Shown: positions 1 through 9,699 of the stretch, one piece after another
Position numbering within the stretch: position 1 is the stretch's first letter
Layout: each line of letters opens with the position of its first letter
Assembly: GCA_035650715.1 (NCBI GenBank)
Contig: DASRHC010000032.1
Location: 128,221-192,220, forward strand
Source of the DNA: Candidatus Methylomirabilota bacterium
GTDB lineage: Bacteria > Methylomirabilota > Methylomirabilia > Rokubacteriales > CSP1-6
Direction of reading: 5' to 3'
Length of the DNA stretch: 64,000 bases
Position numbers and translations under genes: made by a program
Notes under the pieces: model-generated
What the model saw: only the letters and a program-made list of their open reading frames with translations
What the model was told of the DNA's origin: nothing
The model's database searches: none

Positions 1-61
1 GGCGCGATCGCGATCCGGCGCATGCAGACAGCCCGTTGACCCTGCGAGGAGATTCGAGTCC

Positions 62-934
62 ATGGCGAAGCGACGCGTGGTGATCACCGGGGCGGCGGGC
101 TACGTCGCCCAGCGGATGTACCCCGAGCTCCAGGAGCGGTGGGACCTGGTGCCCATCGACGTGCGGCCCACCACCCGGGCCGGCCGGCCGGTGCCGGGGC
201 TGATCGTGAGCGACCTCACCCGTCCGGATCGCGACCTCTACCGCGAGCATTTCCGGGGCGCCGACGCGGTCATCCACTGCGGATTCGTGAGCGCGCCCAA
301 CCTGGACGCCACCACCTGGCAGGACAACAGCGACGCCAAGTTCTGGGCCGAGCACGCCAACGTCGCGCTCGCCTACAACGTCTGTCGCGTCGCCCTGGAG
401 GAGGGCGTGCGCCGGGTGGTGGTGTGCTCCTCGAACCACGCGGCCGACTACTACGAGCGGCTGGTGTGGGACGGGCGGCTCGACATGGTCACCCCCGAGA
501 TGCCGCCCCGCTCCGACAACTGGTACGGCTGGGCCAAGGGGGCCTACGAGCTGCTGGGCTTCGTGTTCGCCACCGGCAAGGTGGACGGCCGGAAGCTCGA
601 GATCGTGCAGTGGCGCATCGGCGGGCCGCGCGACGACGACATCGATCACGTGGCCCCGGGTGACATCAAGGTGATGCACCGCGCCCTCGGCGCCTACCTG
701 TCGAAGCGGGACCAGGTGCAGCAGGCGATCCGCATGGTCGAGACCGAGGACATCCGGGACGAGAACGGGATCCCGTTCCTCATCGTGTACGGCATCAGCG
801 GCAACACCCATCGCTTCTGGTCCATCGCCAACGCGCGGACCCGGATCGGGTACGCCCCGCAGGACGACAGCCAGGTGAACTTCGCGGACCGGATCGCGGA
901 GATCGCGCGCGCCGCCACGAAGGATCGGGCATGA
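62..934 (+). CDS. NAD-dependent epimerase/dehydratase family protein (Rossmann fold)
   Basis: N-terminal glycine-rich motif VITGAAGYVAQ. Extended SDR-like length of 290 aa. A possible TTGACC -35-like element and a GAGGAG RBS lie upstream of the ATG. Confidence 0.7.
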   Translation: MAKRRVVITGAAGYVAQRMYPELQERWDLVPIDVRPTTRAGRPVPGLIVSDLTRPDRDLYREHFRGADAVIHCGFVSAPNLDATTWQDNSDAKFWAEHANVALAYNVCRVALEEGVRRVVVCSSNHAADYYERLVWDGRLDMVTPEMPPRSDNWYGWAKGAYELLGFVFATGKVDGRKLEIVQWRIGGPRDDDIDHVAPGDIKVMHRALGAYLSKRDQVQQAIRMVETEDIRDENGIPFLIVYGISGNTHRFWSIANARTRIGYAPQDDSQVNFADRIAEIARAATKDRA

Positions 935-1128
935 GCCACGAGGAGGAGCTGCGGGCACTGGAGCGGACGCTGGCCGCGTACCGGGAGACCCTCAAGGAAG
1001 TGAACCGGCTGGGCGGCGATGGGATGGAGACCGTGCGGACGGAGTGGCTCCAGCGGGTGAAGGAGCTGGAGCTGCAACGCGAGCATGTGAGTCACGTCGT
1101 GCGGAGGGCGCGGCGGGGGCGGTTGTAG
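931..1128 (+). CDS. small hypothetical coiled-coil protein (65 aa)
   Basis: ATGA overlap with the stop of the upstream gene. Charged, heptad-like sequence (EELRALERTLAAYRETLKEV). I recognise no family. Confidence 0.35.
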   Translation: MSHEEELRALERTLAAYRETLKEVNRLGGDGMETVRTEWLQRVKELELQREHVSHVVRRARRGRL

Positions 1129-1147
1129 TCTCCGTCTCTTCTCGCGG

Positions 1148-1355
1148 GTCGACGGGCCGGCGGCGCGGGCGCGGCGGCGGGCAGCGGCGGGGGCGGCCCC
1201 CCGGAACACGCTGACTCGCGATGCGCGGGGCGGAACCGGCGGGCCACGAGATCGGCGTTGGCGGCTTCGGCGACGCGCAGAAGCCACGGTTCCGGGGAGC
1301 CACCTCCGCCGCCACCCCCCGCCGCGCCCGCGCCGCCGGCCCTCCGTCGGCGGTC
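1148..1355. repeat. GC-rich imperfect inverted repeat (24-bp identical core GGGCCGGCGGCGCGGGCGCGGCGG at 1154-1177 and its reverse complement at 1319-1342)
   Basis: Direct reading of the sequence shows each arm flanked by GTCGAC. The spacer is about 140 nt. It lies in the 300-bp non-coding gap upstream of the PhzF-family gene. Confidence 0.5.
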
Positions 1356-1435
1356 GGGTCGACACCCGGGCCACACGCGGCAGGCACGACGGACTTCTCT
1401 ACGTTTTCAACGGCTGGTTGCGGGAGGAGGATTCG

Positions 1436-2357
1436 GGTGGGGGAGTGGAGGTTCGTGCAGGTGGATGTGTTCACGGAGCGCGTGTTCGGGGGGAATCCGC
1501 TGGCGGTGGTGTTTGCCGCGGACGGGCTCGAGGCGGGCGTGATGCAGCAGATCGCGCGGGAGATGAACTGCTCGGAGACGACGTTCCTCCTGACGGCGAC
1601 CCGGGGCGACTGCGCGGGGCGCGTGCGGATCTTCACGCCGGCGCGGGAGGTGCCGTTCGCGGGCCATCCGACCATCGGGACCGCGTGGGTGCTGGCCACC
1701 GAGGGATTGCTGCCCGCGGGAGCCACGCGATTCAACCTGGAAGAGGGGATCGGGCCGGTGGAGGTGACGCTGGAGGGCGATCCCGAGAATCCGTCGTTTC
1801 TCTGGATGCGGCACGGGCCGGTCAGCTTCGGGCCGGAGCTCGGCAACCGGGAAGGATTCGCGCGGTCGCTCGGGCTCGAGGTGTCCGACCTGCTCGCCGG
1901 CTGCCCCATCCGTACCGGGTCCACGGGCAGCACGTTCCTCTACGTCCCGCTGCGGGACCGCGAGACCGTGGACCGGGCCCGGCTCGACGTGCCGGCGCTG
2001 CTGGACGCGCAGGGCGAGGGGCCGAAGGTCGGCGTGTTCGTGTTCGCGCCGGACCCCGGGCCCGCGCCCGATCGGGGCGCGGCGCGCGTGTACTCCCGCA
2101 TGTTCGCCCCGCACACCTCCGGCGTCCCCGAGGACCCGGCCACCGGCTCGGCGAGCGGGCCGCTCGGCGCCTACCTGGTGGAGCACGGCCTGGTGGCGCC
2201 CGCCGGGACGGTGGACATCGTGAGCGCCCAGGGCGTGAAGATGGGGCGACCGAGCGCGGTGCACATCCGGGTCCACACGCGCAACGGGCGCGCCGGCGAC
2301 ATCGCGGTGGGCGGCCGGGTAGTCCCGGTCATCGAAGGCCGCCTGCGCCTGCCCTGA
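1436..2357 (+). CDS. PhzF family phenazine-biosynthesis-like isomerase
   Basis: Motifs VQVDVFTERVFGGNPLAVV and FAGHPTIGTAWVLA plus a C-terminal EDPATGSASGPLGAYL match the PhzF/YddE fold. I chose the GTG start at 1436, preceded by GGGAGGAGG. The track ORF 1221.. is N-terminally over-extended. Confidence 0.8.
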
Positions 2358-2383
2358 AGCGCAGGCCCTGAAGGAGGAGCCGC

Positions 2384-3013
2384 GTGTACGTCCCCAAGCA
2401 CTTCGAGGTCACCGACACCGCCTGGTGTCACGCGCTCATGCAGGCGCAGAGCTTCGCGGCCATGATCACCGCCGACGACGCGGGCGCGCCGTTCGCCACC
2501 CACCTGCCGCTCCTGCTCGACGCCCGGCGCGGGCCGCTCGGCACGCTCCGCGGCCACGTGGCCCGCGCGAATCCCCACTGGCGCTACCTCGCGGCCGGGC
2601 GCCCGACCCTCGTGGTGTTCTCGGGCGCGCACGCCTACGTGTCGCCCTCGTGGTACGCCACGCACCCGGCGGTGCCCACCTGGAACTACGTGGCGGTGCA
2701 CGCGAGCGGCACCGGCACGCTGGTGGAGGACGCGGCGCAGGTGCGCGCGCTGCTGGCCGATCTGGTGCGCGCCTACGAGCCGCCGGGGCCGCAGGCGTGG
2801 TCGCTCGAGGCGCTGCCGGCGGACTACCTGGCCGGCATGCAGCGCGGGATCGTGGCCTTCGAGATCCCGATCGCGCGGCTCGAGGGCAAGGCCAAGCTGA
2901 GCCAGAACCGGGACGCGGTGGACCAGGGCCGCACGCGCGAGGCGCTCGCGGCCTCCGACGATCCGCTCGCGCGGACGGTGGCCGCGCTCATGGCGGACGC
3001 GCCGCCGCGCTGA
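2384..3013 (+). CDS. paiB: FMN-binding negative transcriptional regulator, PaiB family
   Basis: The N-terminus MYVPKHFEVTD and the 209-aa length are typical of PaiB. An AGGAGG RBS lies upstream. Confidence 0.75.
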   Translation: MYVPKHFEVTDTAWCHALMQAQSFAAMITADDAGAPFATHLPLLLDARRGPLGTLRGHVARANPHWRYLAAGRPTLVVFSGAHAYVSPSWYATHPAVPTWNYVAVHASGTGTLVEDAAQVRALLADLVRAYEPPGPQAWSLEALPADYLAGMQRGIVAFEIPIARLEGKAKLSQNRDAVDQGRTREALAASDDPLARTVAALMADAPPR

Positions 3014-3028
3014 CCGGCGCGGGCGCCT

Positions 3029-3799
3029 CTACTCGCCCCGGAAGATCGGCTTCCGCTTCTCCAGCATGGCGCGCCGTCCCTCCTGCGCGTCCGCGCTGGT
3101 GCGGGCGCGGTGCGCGGCCGCGTCCAGGTCGTCGTGGGCGATCGCGTCCCGCGCCGCGATGGTGCGCTGGATCGACGCCTTGATGCCGGCCAGCGAGAGC
3201 GGCGCGTTGTCGGCGATGCGCCGGGCCAGGCTCTGCACCGCCGCCGGCAGCTCCGCGGGCGGCACCACCTGGTGCACCATCCCGATCTCGTAGGCGCGCC
3301 GCGCGTCGATGGGCTGGCCGGTGAACAGGAGGTGCCGGGTGTGCGCGGGGCCGATGATCTCGACCAGCTTCTGGTTGAGCCGGAACGGGATCACCAGCCC
3401 GATCCGGGCCAGCGGCATGCCGAGGCGCACCGGCTCGGCCGCCACGCGCAGGTCGCAGTGCAGGGCCAGCTCGCAGCCGCCCGCGATCGCGTCGCCGTGG
3501 AGCGCGGCGATGGTGGGATGGCGGGAGGCTTCCACCCGCCGCAGCACCTCCACCACGTTGCCCTCCGGGTCCGCCTCCCCGCGGCGCTGCTCCATCTCCT
3601 TGAGGTCCATGCCCGAGCAGAACGCGGGGCCGGCGCCCCGCACCACCACCACCCGCACGTCGCGCCGCTCGTCGAGCGAGTCGAAGGCCGCGCGCAGACC
3701 CTGCAGCAGCGGGGTGTTCATCGCGTTGCGCTGGTCGGGCCGGTTCAGGGTGACGGTGGCGATGCCGGCGTCGACGGCGATCTGGACTTCGTCGGCCAT
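3029..3799 (-). CDS. enoyl-CoA hydratase/isomerase family protein
   Basis: Crotonase signature (GAGPAFCSGMDL and AIAGGCELALHCD). I trimmed the start to ATG at 3799 (MADEVQIAVD). The track ORF 3029..4513 is over-extended. Confidence 0.85.
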   Translation of the reverse strand: MADEVQIAVDAGIATVTLNRPDQRNAMNTPLLQGLRAAFDSLDERRDVRVVVVRGAGPAFCSGMDLKEMEQRRGEADPEGNVVEVLRRVEASRHPTIAALHGDAIAGGCELALHCDLRVAAEPVRLGMPLARIGLVIPFRLNQKLVEIIGPAHTRHLLFTGQPIDARRAYEIGMVHQVVPPAELPAAVQSLARRIADNAPLSLAGIKASIQRTIAARDAIAHDDLDAAAHRARTSADAQEGRRAMLEKRKPIFRGE

Positions 3800-3813
3800 G
3801 GAGCCCTCCGGGG

Positions 3814-4821
3814 CTAGCCCGCGCCCGGAGCCAGCGCGCGCAGCGCGCTCAGCATGAGCTCGCGCTTCTTCCGGGGATCGGGCTCGGTGGTCATCAGGGA
3901 GAGGAACGCGGTGTCGATCCCGCGGTCCAGGTAGAGCTGGATGCGGGCCTTGAGATCGGCGAGGCTGCCGCGCGGCATCAGGTCGGCGATCACGTGGTCC
4001 GGGATCGCGGCCACCGCGCCGCGCCGATCGCCCGCGCTCCACGCGCGCCACATCGGGCCCAGCGCCTCGGAGCGGCCCAGCCATTCCTGGAACGCGCGGT
4101 ACACCGGGACGTTGAGGTAGCCCGCGATGTGCCGGCGCACCACCAGGTCCGACTCCGGCCCGGGCGGGTCGAGGTTCACGAACAGGCGCGCGGTGACCTC
4201 GATGGCGTCGCCGTCGCGGCCGGCCTCGCGGGCCGCCCGACGCACCACCCCCACCGAGCGCGGCACGTCGTCGGGCGAGAGCCAGTTGAGGATGACCCCG
4301 TCGCCGACCTGGCCCGCGACCGTCAGCATCCCCTCCCGGAGGGCGGCGATGTAGATCGGCACCGGGTGCCGGGGCACGCGGGTCAGCCGGAAGCCGTCCA
4401 CCGTGAACGTCTCGCCCTTCCAGACCACGCGCTCGCCGGCCAGCGCCTGGCGCAGGAACTGGGCCATCTCGCGCACGCGGGTGGCCGGCCGGCTGAACTT
4501 GCCGCCGTTCCACGACTCCACGATGGGCTGCGAGCCCGCGCCGATGCCCAGCACGAAGCGCCCGGGGGCCAGGTCGGCCAGGCCGGCCGCGGTGGAGGCC
4601 AGCGTGGCGGGGCCGCGCGTGTAGACGTTGGCGATGGCGGTGCCGACCCGCATGGTGGTCGCCATCCCGACGACGGCGAGCGGCGTGAAGCCGTCGACGC
4701 CGTCGACCTCGAAGGACCAGGCATCGGTGTAGCCGAGGCGCTCGGCCTCACGGGCCACGTCGGCCAGCTCGGGGAGGGCGAAGGCCTCCATCGGCACCGA
4801 CAGCGACCAGCGCTTCTTCAT
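3814..4821 (-). CDS. LLM class F420-dependent (luciferase-like) oxidoreductase
   Basis: Luciferase-like monooxygenase fold: MEAFALPELADVAREAERLGYTDAW ... GIGAG. 335 aa. Confidence 0.8.
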   Translation of the reverse strand: MKKRWSLSVPMEAFALPELADVAREAERLGYTDAWSFEVDGVDGFTPLAVVGMATTMRVGTAIANVYTRGPATLASTAAGLADLAPGRFVLGIGAGSQPIVESWNGGKFSRPATRVREMAQFLRQALAGERVVWKGETFTVDGFRLTRVPRHPVPIYIAALREGMLTVAGQVGDGVILNWLSPDDVPRSVGVVRRAAREAGRDGDAIEVTARLFVNLDPPGPESDLVVRRHIAGYLNVPVYRAFQEWLGRSEALGPMWRAWSAGDRRGAVAAIPDHVIADLMPRGSLADLKARIQLYLDRGIDTAFLSLMTTEPDPRKKRELMLSALRALAPGAG

Positions 4822-4870
4822 CCGCGTACCTCCTCGCCCGGGGTGACCATCCGGGCGAGTGTACCCGGTT

Positions 4871-5236
4871 TCACTTCGTTTTTGGCCCGCGGGGATCGAT
4901 GGTCTCCGGGAAGCACTGCCACGCGATGCCCCCCGCGCCGTCGTCGTTGCCGTAGCGCAGCAAGAGGTCGGTGTCCGCGCGCCGCTCGGCCAGTCCCTTG
5001 ATCTTTCCGCCGCTCTCGGTCACGTACACCGCCTTGCGGCCTTCCTTCTCGCGCTGATCGAGGGCCTTGGTGCAGGCTCCCACGCTCGGATACGCGGTCT
5101 GGAGCTGCCACGCGCCCGGCCGGGGATCATACACCTGCGACCACAGCACCCACGCGCACTCCGCGGCCGCCGGCCCCACCGCCACCAGCACGCCGCCGAG
5201 CGCGGCGGTCACCGCGCAGAACTTGTACCGGATCAT
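4871..5236 (-). CDS. small secreted Cys-containing hypothetical protein
   Basis: Signal peptide MIRYKFCAVTAALGGVLVAVGPAAA and a strong AGGAGGA RBS. The protein has 4 Cys residues. I trimmed the start from the track ORF 4871..5344. Confidence 0.5.
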   Translation of the reverse strand: MIRYKFCAVTAALGGVLVAVGPAAAECAWVLWSQVYDPRPGAWQLQTAYPSVGACTKALDQREKEGRKAVYVTESGGKIKGLAERRADTDLLLRYGNDDGAGGIAWQCFPETIDPRGPKTK

Positions 5237-5346
5237 GGGCTCCTCCTGTCTGGGCTTCACACGTTGTTTCAAGTGTCGCGCCGATGGCAACGTCGAGGGG
5301 CTTGCCGATTGCTGACGGCGTGCCATCGGCGCTATGCTGCGCATCC

Positions 5347-6510
5347 ATGACCGTGTTCCCGGGCTTCACGCTGCCGGAGGAGCTGCGCCAGCTCGGCGAG
5401 CAGGTCCGCCGGTTCGTGCAGGAGGAGATCGTCCCCCTCGAGCAGACCCTCGATCCGGACGCGCCCGAGATCCCGCGCGAGGACTTCCTGCGCCTCTCCG
5501 CCAAGACCAAGGCGGCCGGGCTGTGGGCGCTGGGGGCGCCCGAGCAGTACGGCGGCGGCGGGCTCGACACCTTCAGCATGTGCGTGGTCCTGGAGGCGAT
5601 GGCCCAGCACCGCATGGGCCTCTACAACCCGGGCTGCGGGGTGTTCGGCCGCTATCCGCCGCCCGCGATCTGGGCGGGCACCAAGGCCCAGATCGAGAAG
5701 TACGCGGTGCCGACCTTGCGCGACGGCACCGAGACCTTCTTCGCGATCACCGAGCCCTCGGGCGGCTCCGATCCCGCCGGCGCGATCCAGACCCGGGCGG
5801 AGCGCCGGGGCGACAAGTGGGTGCTCAACGGGCGGAAGGTCTTCATCTCGCGCGCGCACGACGCCCCGTGGGGCATCGTGTTCGCGCGCACCGACAAGGG
5901 GAAGGGCCGGGGCGGCATCTCCTGCTTCATCGTCGAGCACGGCACGCCCGGCTTCCACGCCACCCCGATCCGGGTGATCCGCACCTCCGCCATCCCCAAC
6001 GACGTGTCGTTCGAGGACTGCGAGATCCCGGCCGAGAACCTCATCGGGCAGGAGGGGCAGGGGCTCGACCTCGCCTTCGACCTGCTGGTGAAGAACCGCT
6101 TCCCCTACTCCGCGTGCAACCTGGGGGTGGCGGTGGCCGCGCACCGCATGGCGGTCGCGCACGCCAAGCAGCGCTCCACCTTCGGGGCGCCGCTCTCCCA
6201 GCGCCAGGCCATCCAGTGGATGCTCGCCGACGCGGAGGTGGAGATCCGGGCGTGCCGCTGGCTCATCTGGGAGGGCGCGTGGAAGGCCGACCGCGGCGAG
6301 GACGCGCGGGTGGAGGCCTCGATCGCCAAGCTCTACTCGAGCGAGGTGCTGGGGCGGGTGATCGACGCCGCGGTGCAGATCCACGGCGGCTACGGGGTGT
6401 CGAAGGAATTTCCCCTGGAGCGCTGGTACCGCGAGGCCCGGGTGCGCCGCATCGGGGAAGGCCCGTCCGAGGTGCACCGGATGGTCATCGCGCGCTCGCT
6501 CTTCAGGTAA
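5347..6510 (+). CDS. acyl-CoA dehydrogenase
   Basis: Hallmarks of the ACAD fold: FAITEPSGGSD, the C-terminal IHGGYG, and YREARVRRIGEGPSEV. I chose the start at MTVFPGF. Confidence 0.85.
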   Translation: MTVFPGFTLPEELRQLGEQVRRFVQEEIVPLEQTLDPDAPEIPREDFLRLSAKTKAAGLWALGAPEQYGGGGLDTFSMCVVLEAMAQHRMGLYNPGCGVFGRYPPPAIWAGTKAQIEKYAVPTLRDGTETFFAITEPSGGSDPAGAIQTRAERRGDKWVLNGRKVFISRAHDAPWGIVFARTDKGKGRGGISCFIVEHGTPGFHATPIRVIRTSAIPNDVSFEDCEIPAENLIGQEGQGLDLAFDLLVKNRFPYSACNLGVAVAAHRMAVAHAKQRSTFGAPLSQRQAIQWMLADAEVEIRACRWLIWEGAWKADRGEDARVEASIAKLYSSEVLGRVIDAAVQIHGGYGVSKEFPLERWYREARVRRIGEGPSEVHRMVIARSLFR

Positions 6511-6570
6511 TGGCTCGGCGAGGTGCAGCCGAAGGCGAGCCGAGCGAATAGAAGAGAGGGGTAAGGGTCT

Positions 6571-7719
6571 ATGGCCACGTTCAACTTCGAGCTGTCCACG
6601 CTGCCTCCCGAGGCGGAGGCGCTGCGCGACGAGGTTCGCGCCTTCCTCCGCCAGGAGCTGGCCCAGTACCGCGGCGCCGAGCGCGCCCGCTCCTGGGGCG
6701 GCTTCAACCGCGAGTTCTCGCGCCGCATGGGCGAGCGCGGCTGGATCGGGATGACGTGGCCCAAGAAGTACGGCGGCCACGAGCGCACCGCGCTCGAGCG
6801 CTACGTGGTGCTGGAGGAGACGCTGGCCGCGGGGGCGCCGGTGAGCGCGCACTGGGTGGCCGACCGGCAGAGCGGCCCGCTCCTGCTGCGCTTCGGCACC
6901 GAGGAGCAGCGCCGGCGCTTCCTGCCCCGCATCGCGCGCGGGGAGCTCGCCTTCGCGATCGGCATGAGCGAGCCGGACTCCGGCTCGGACCTGGCCTCGG
7001 TGCGGACGCGGGCCGAGAAGGTGGCGGGCGGCTACAAGGTCAACGGCACCAAGATCTGGACCAGCAACGCCCACCTGTCGGACTACGCGATCGCGCTGTT
7101 CCGCACCAAGGTGGTGCCGGACAGGAAGCACGAGGGGCTCTCCCAGTTCCTGGTCGACCTCAAGTCGCCCGGCATCTCGATCCGCCCCATCTACGACCTG
7201 GCCGGCGGGCACCACTTCAACGAGGTGCACTTCCAGGACTGCTTCGTGCCCGACGACATGCTGGTGGGCAAGGAGGGCGAGGGCTGGAAGCAGGTGACCA
7301 CCGAGCTCGGCTTCGAGCGGAGCGGCCCCGAGCGCTATCTCTCGTCGCTCCAGCTCGTGATCGAGCTGATCCGCGAGGTGGGGGCCGAGCCCGGCGAGCG
7401 CGCGGCGGCCCTGCTCGGCCACCTCACCGCGCACCTGGTGACGCTGCGCCAGATGTCGCTCTCGATCGCCACCATGCTGCAGGCCGGCCAGAACCCGAAC
7501 CTGGAGGCCGCGGTCATGAAGGACATCGGCACCACCTTCGAGCAGGAGATCCCGGAGGCGGTGCACGCGCTGACCGGAGCCGAGCCGCGCATCGGCAGCG
7601 GCAGCGAGTTCGAGAAGACGCTCGGCTACCTCGTCCAGCACGCGCCCTCGTTCTCTTTGAGAGGCGGAACGCGCGAAGTCTTGAGAGGGATCATCGCCCG
7701 CGGGCTCGGATTGAGGTAG
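6571..7719 (+). CDS. acyl-CoA dehydrogenase, alpha-type subunit of a heteromeric ACAD
   Basis: ACAD N-terminal and middle domains (FAIGMSEPDSGSD, KVNGTKIWTSNAH). It is immediately followed by a second ACAD-like gene. Confidence 0.8.
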   Translation: MATFNFELSTLPPEAEALRDEVRAFLRQELAQYRGAERARSWGGFNREFSRRMGERGWIGMTWPKKYGGHERTALERYVVLEETLAAGAPVSAHWVADRQSGPLLLRFGTEEQRRRFLPRIARGELAFAIGMSEPDSGSDLASVRTRAEKVAGGYKVNGTKIWTSNAHLSDYAIALFRTKVVPDRKHEGLSQFLVDLKSPGISIRPIYDLAGGHHFNEVHFQDCFVPDDMLVGKEGEGWKQVTTELGFERSGPERYLSSLQLVIELIREVGAEPGERAAALLGHLTAHLVTLRQMSLSIATMLQAGQNPNLEAAVMKDIGTTFEQEIPEAVHALTGAEPRIGSGSEFEKTLGYLVQHAPSFSLRGGTREVLRGIIARGLGLR

Positions 7720-7725
7720 ACGGCC

Positions 7726-8796
7726 ATGAACGAGCTCCAGACGATCCTCGCCGAGACGTGCACGCGCCTCTTCACCGATCACGCCACCACCGCGGTGCTG
7801 GAAGCGGCCGAGAAGGGCCAGTGGCCGGCCGCGCTCTGGCAGGCCCTGGAGGAGAACGGCCTCACCCTGCCGCAGGTGCCGGAGGCGCGCGGCGGGGCGG
7901 GCGGCTCCTGGTCGGACGCCTTCGTGGTGCTGATGGCGGCCGGGCGCTTCGCGGCGCCGGTGCCGCTGGCGGAGACGATGCTGGCGGGCGCGATCCTGGC
8001 CGAGGCCGGCCTCGACGTGCCGCTCGGGCCGATGACGGTGGCGCCGGCGCACGCGGGCGAGCGGCTGACGCTCGACCGCCGGGGCGCGGGGCTCACGCTC
8101 TCCGGCCGGGCCACCCGCGTGCCGTGGGGCGCGCGCGCCGAGCACGTGGTGGTGGTGGCCGAGGGCGACGACGGCCCGATGATCGTCCGGGTGGCGGGGG
8201 GCGCGGCCACATCGGAGGCCGACGTGAGCCTGGCCCGCGAGCCGCGCGACACGCTCACGTGGTCGGCCGCTCCGGTGGTGGCGGCGGCCCCGCAGCGCGG
8301 CCGGCTCGGCATCCGGCCGGTGTGGGTGGGCGGCGCGCTGGTGCGCGCGGCCCAGATGGCGGGCGGCCTCGAGTTCCTGCTCGCCCAGTCCGTGAAGTAC
8401 GTGACCGAGCGCAGGCAGTTCGGCCGGCCGCTCGCCGCGTTCCAGGCCATCCAGCAGAACCTGGCCCTGCTCGCCGGCCACACCGCCGCCGCCGGCATGG
8501 CCGCGCAGCAGGCCTTCCACGTGGTGGATCGCACCGGGGAGGGCGGCGATCCCTCGTTCGAGATCGCGGTGGCGAAGATCCGCACCGGCGAGGCCGCGAG
8601 CCTCGGCGCGGGGATCGCGCACCAGGCGCACGGGGCGATCGGCTTCACCTACGAGCACTCGCTGCACTTCGTCACCCGGCGGCTCTGGTCCTGGCGGGCC
8701 GAATTCGGCGCGGAGAGCCACTGGTCGGTGGCGCTCGGCCGGCAGGTGGCCGCGCAGGGAGCGGACGCGCTCTGGCCGCGCCTGGCCGGCGCCTAG
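7726..8796 (+). CDS. acyl-CoA dehydrogenase family protein, beta-type partner subunit
   Basis: ACAD-like C-terminal helical domain (AHQAHGAIGFTYEHSLHFVTRR). It starts 7 nt after the upstream ACAD. This arrangement resembles alpha2beta2 FadE pairs. Confidence 0.75.
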   Translation: MNELQTILAETCTRLFTDHATTAVLEAAEKGQWPAALWQALEENGLTLPQVPEARGGAGGSWSDAFVVLMAAGRFAAPVPLAETMLAGAILAEAGLDVPLGPMTVAPAHAGERLTLDRRGAGLTLSGRATRVPWGARAEHVVVVAEGDDGPMIVRVAGGAATSEADVSLAREPRDTLTWSAAPVVAAAPQRGRLGIRPVWVGGALVRAAQMAGGLEFLLAQSVKYVTERRQFGRPLAAFQAIQQNLALLAGHTAAAGMAAQQAFHVVDRTGEGGDPSFEIAVAKIRTGEAASLGAGIAHQAHGAIGFTYEHSLHFVTRRLWSWRAEFGAESHWSVALGRQVAAQGADALWPRLAGA

Positions 8797-8805
8797 GAGA
8801 TCGGC

Positions 8806-9699
8806 ATGCACACCCTCACCCTCGGTGACGTCACGATCTCGCGGGTCGTCGAGATCGGCCGCTCGACGTTCCCCACCGCCCAGATGCTGCCCGAGTCCGA
8901 CGCGGGGCGGATCGCCGCGCACCATCGCTGGATCAAGCCGCACTTCTTCGACGAGACCACCGGCGATATGGGCTCGCGCATCCAGACCTGGATCGTGCGC
9001 ACCCCCGAGCACACCGTGGTGATCGACACCGGCGTCGGCAACGACAAGGAGCGCGGCGACAATCCGCTCTGGAACCGGCGCGCGGGGGGCTTCCTCGATG
9101 ACCTGCGCGCCGCCGGCGTCACCCCCGAGCAGGTGGACCTCGTGCTGTGCACGCACCTGCACGTGGACCACGTGGGCTGGAACACGCGGCTCGTGCAGGG
9201 CCGCTGGGTGCCCACGTTCCCGCGCGCGCGGTACGTCTTCCCGGGCGAGGAGTGGGAGTTCTGGGAGTACGAGCACCAGTCCGGGCGGGAGAAGTCCGGC
9301 TGCATCGCGGACAGCGTGGTGCCGGTGGTGGAGGCGGGGCAGGCGGATCTGGTGAGCGGCACGCACCGGATCGACCGGTGGCTCTCCTACGAGCCGTGGG
9401 TCGGCCACACCCCGGGGCACGCCGCGGTGCGCGTGCACACCGCCGCGGGCGACGCGGTCTTCTCCGGCGACCTCATGCACCGGGTGGTGCAGGTGGCCGA
9501 GCCCCAGTGGAGCAGCATCTTCTGCTACGACGGCAAGCAGGCCGCCGCGACCCGGAAGGCCTTCGTGGAGCGCCACGCGGCGTCCGGCGACCTCGTGCTC
9601 CCCGCCCACTTCCCGCATCCGGGCCGCGTGGTGCGCGACGGGAGCGGCCATCGGTTCGAGCCGGTGATGCTCGAGCCGATCGCGGCGGCCCGGGCGTGA
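8806..9699 (+). CDS. MBL-fold metallo-hydrolase
   Basis: HxHxDH motif THLHVDHVG plus a downstream His/Asp ligand. 297 aa. Confidence 0.8.
   Translation: MHTLTLGDVTISRVVEIGRSTFPTAQMLPESDAGRIAAHHRWIKPHFFDETTGDMGSRIQTWIVRTPEHTVVIDTGVGNDKERGDNPLWNRRAGGFLDDLRAAGVTPEQVDLVLCTHLHVDHVGWNTRLVQGRWVPTFPRARYVFPGEEWEFWEYEHQSGREKSGCIADSVVPVVEAGQADLVSGTHRIDRWLSYEPWVGHTPGHAAVRVHTAAGDAVFSGDLMHRVVQVAEPQWSSIFCYDGKQAAATRKAFVERHAASGDLVLPAHFPHPGRVVRDGSGHRFEPVMLEPIAAARA

Noticed and set aside
5332-9651. 1439-aa minus-strand ORF spanning the ACAD, MBL and CoA-transferase genes
   Set aside because: It is antisense to five well-supported plus-strand genes. Its composition is low-complexity and Arg/Gly/Ala/Pro-rich, which is typical of a stop-codon-poor high-GC antisense frame. 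It has no recognisable domains.
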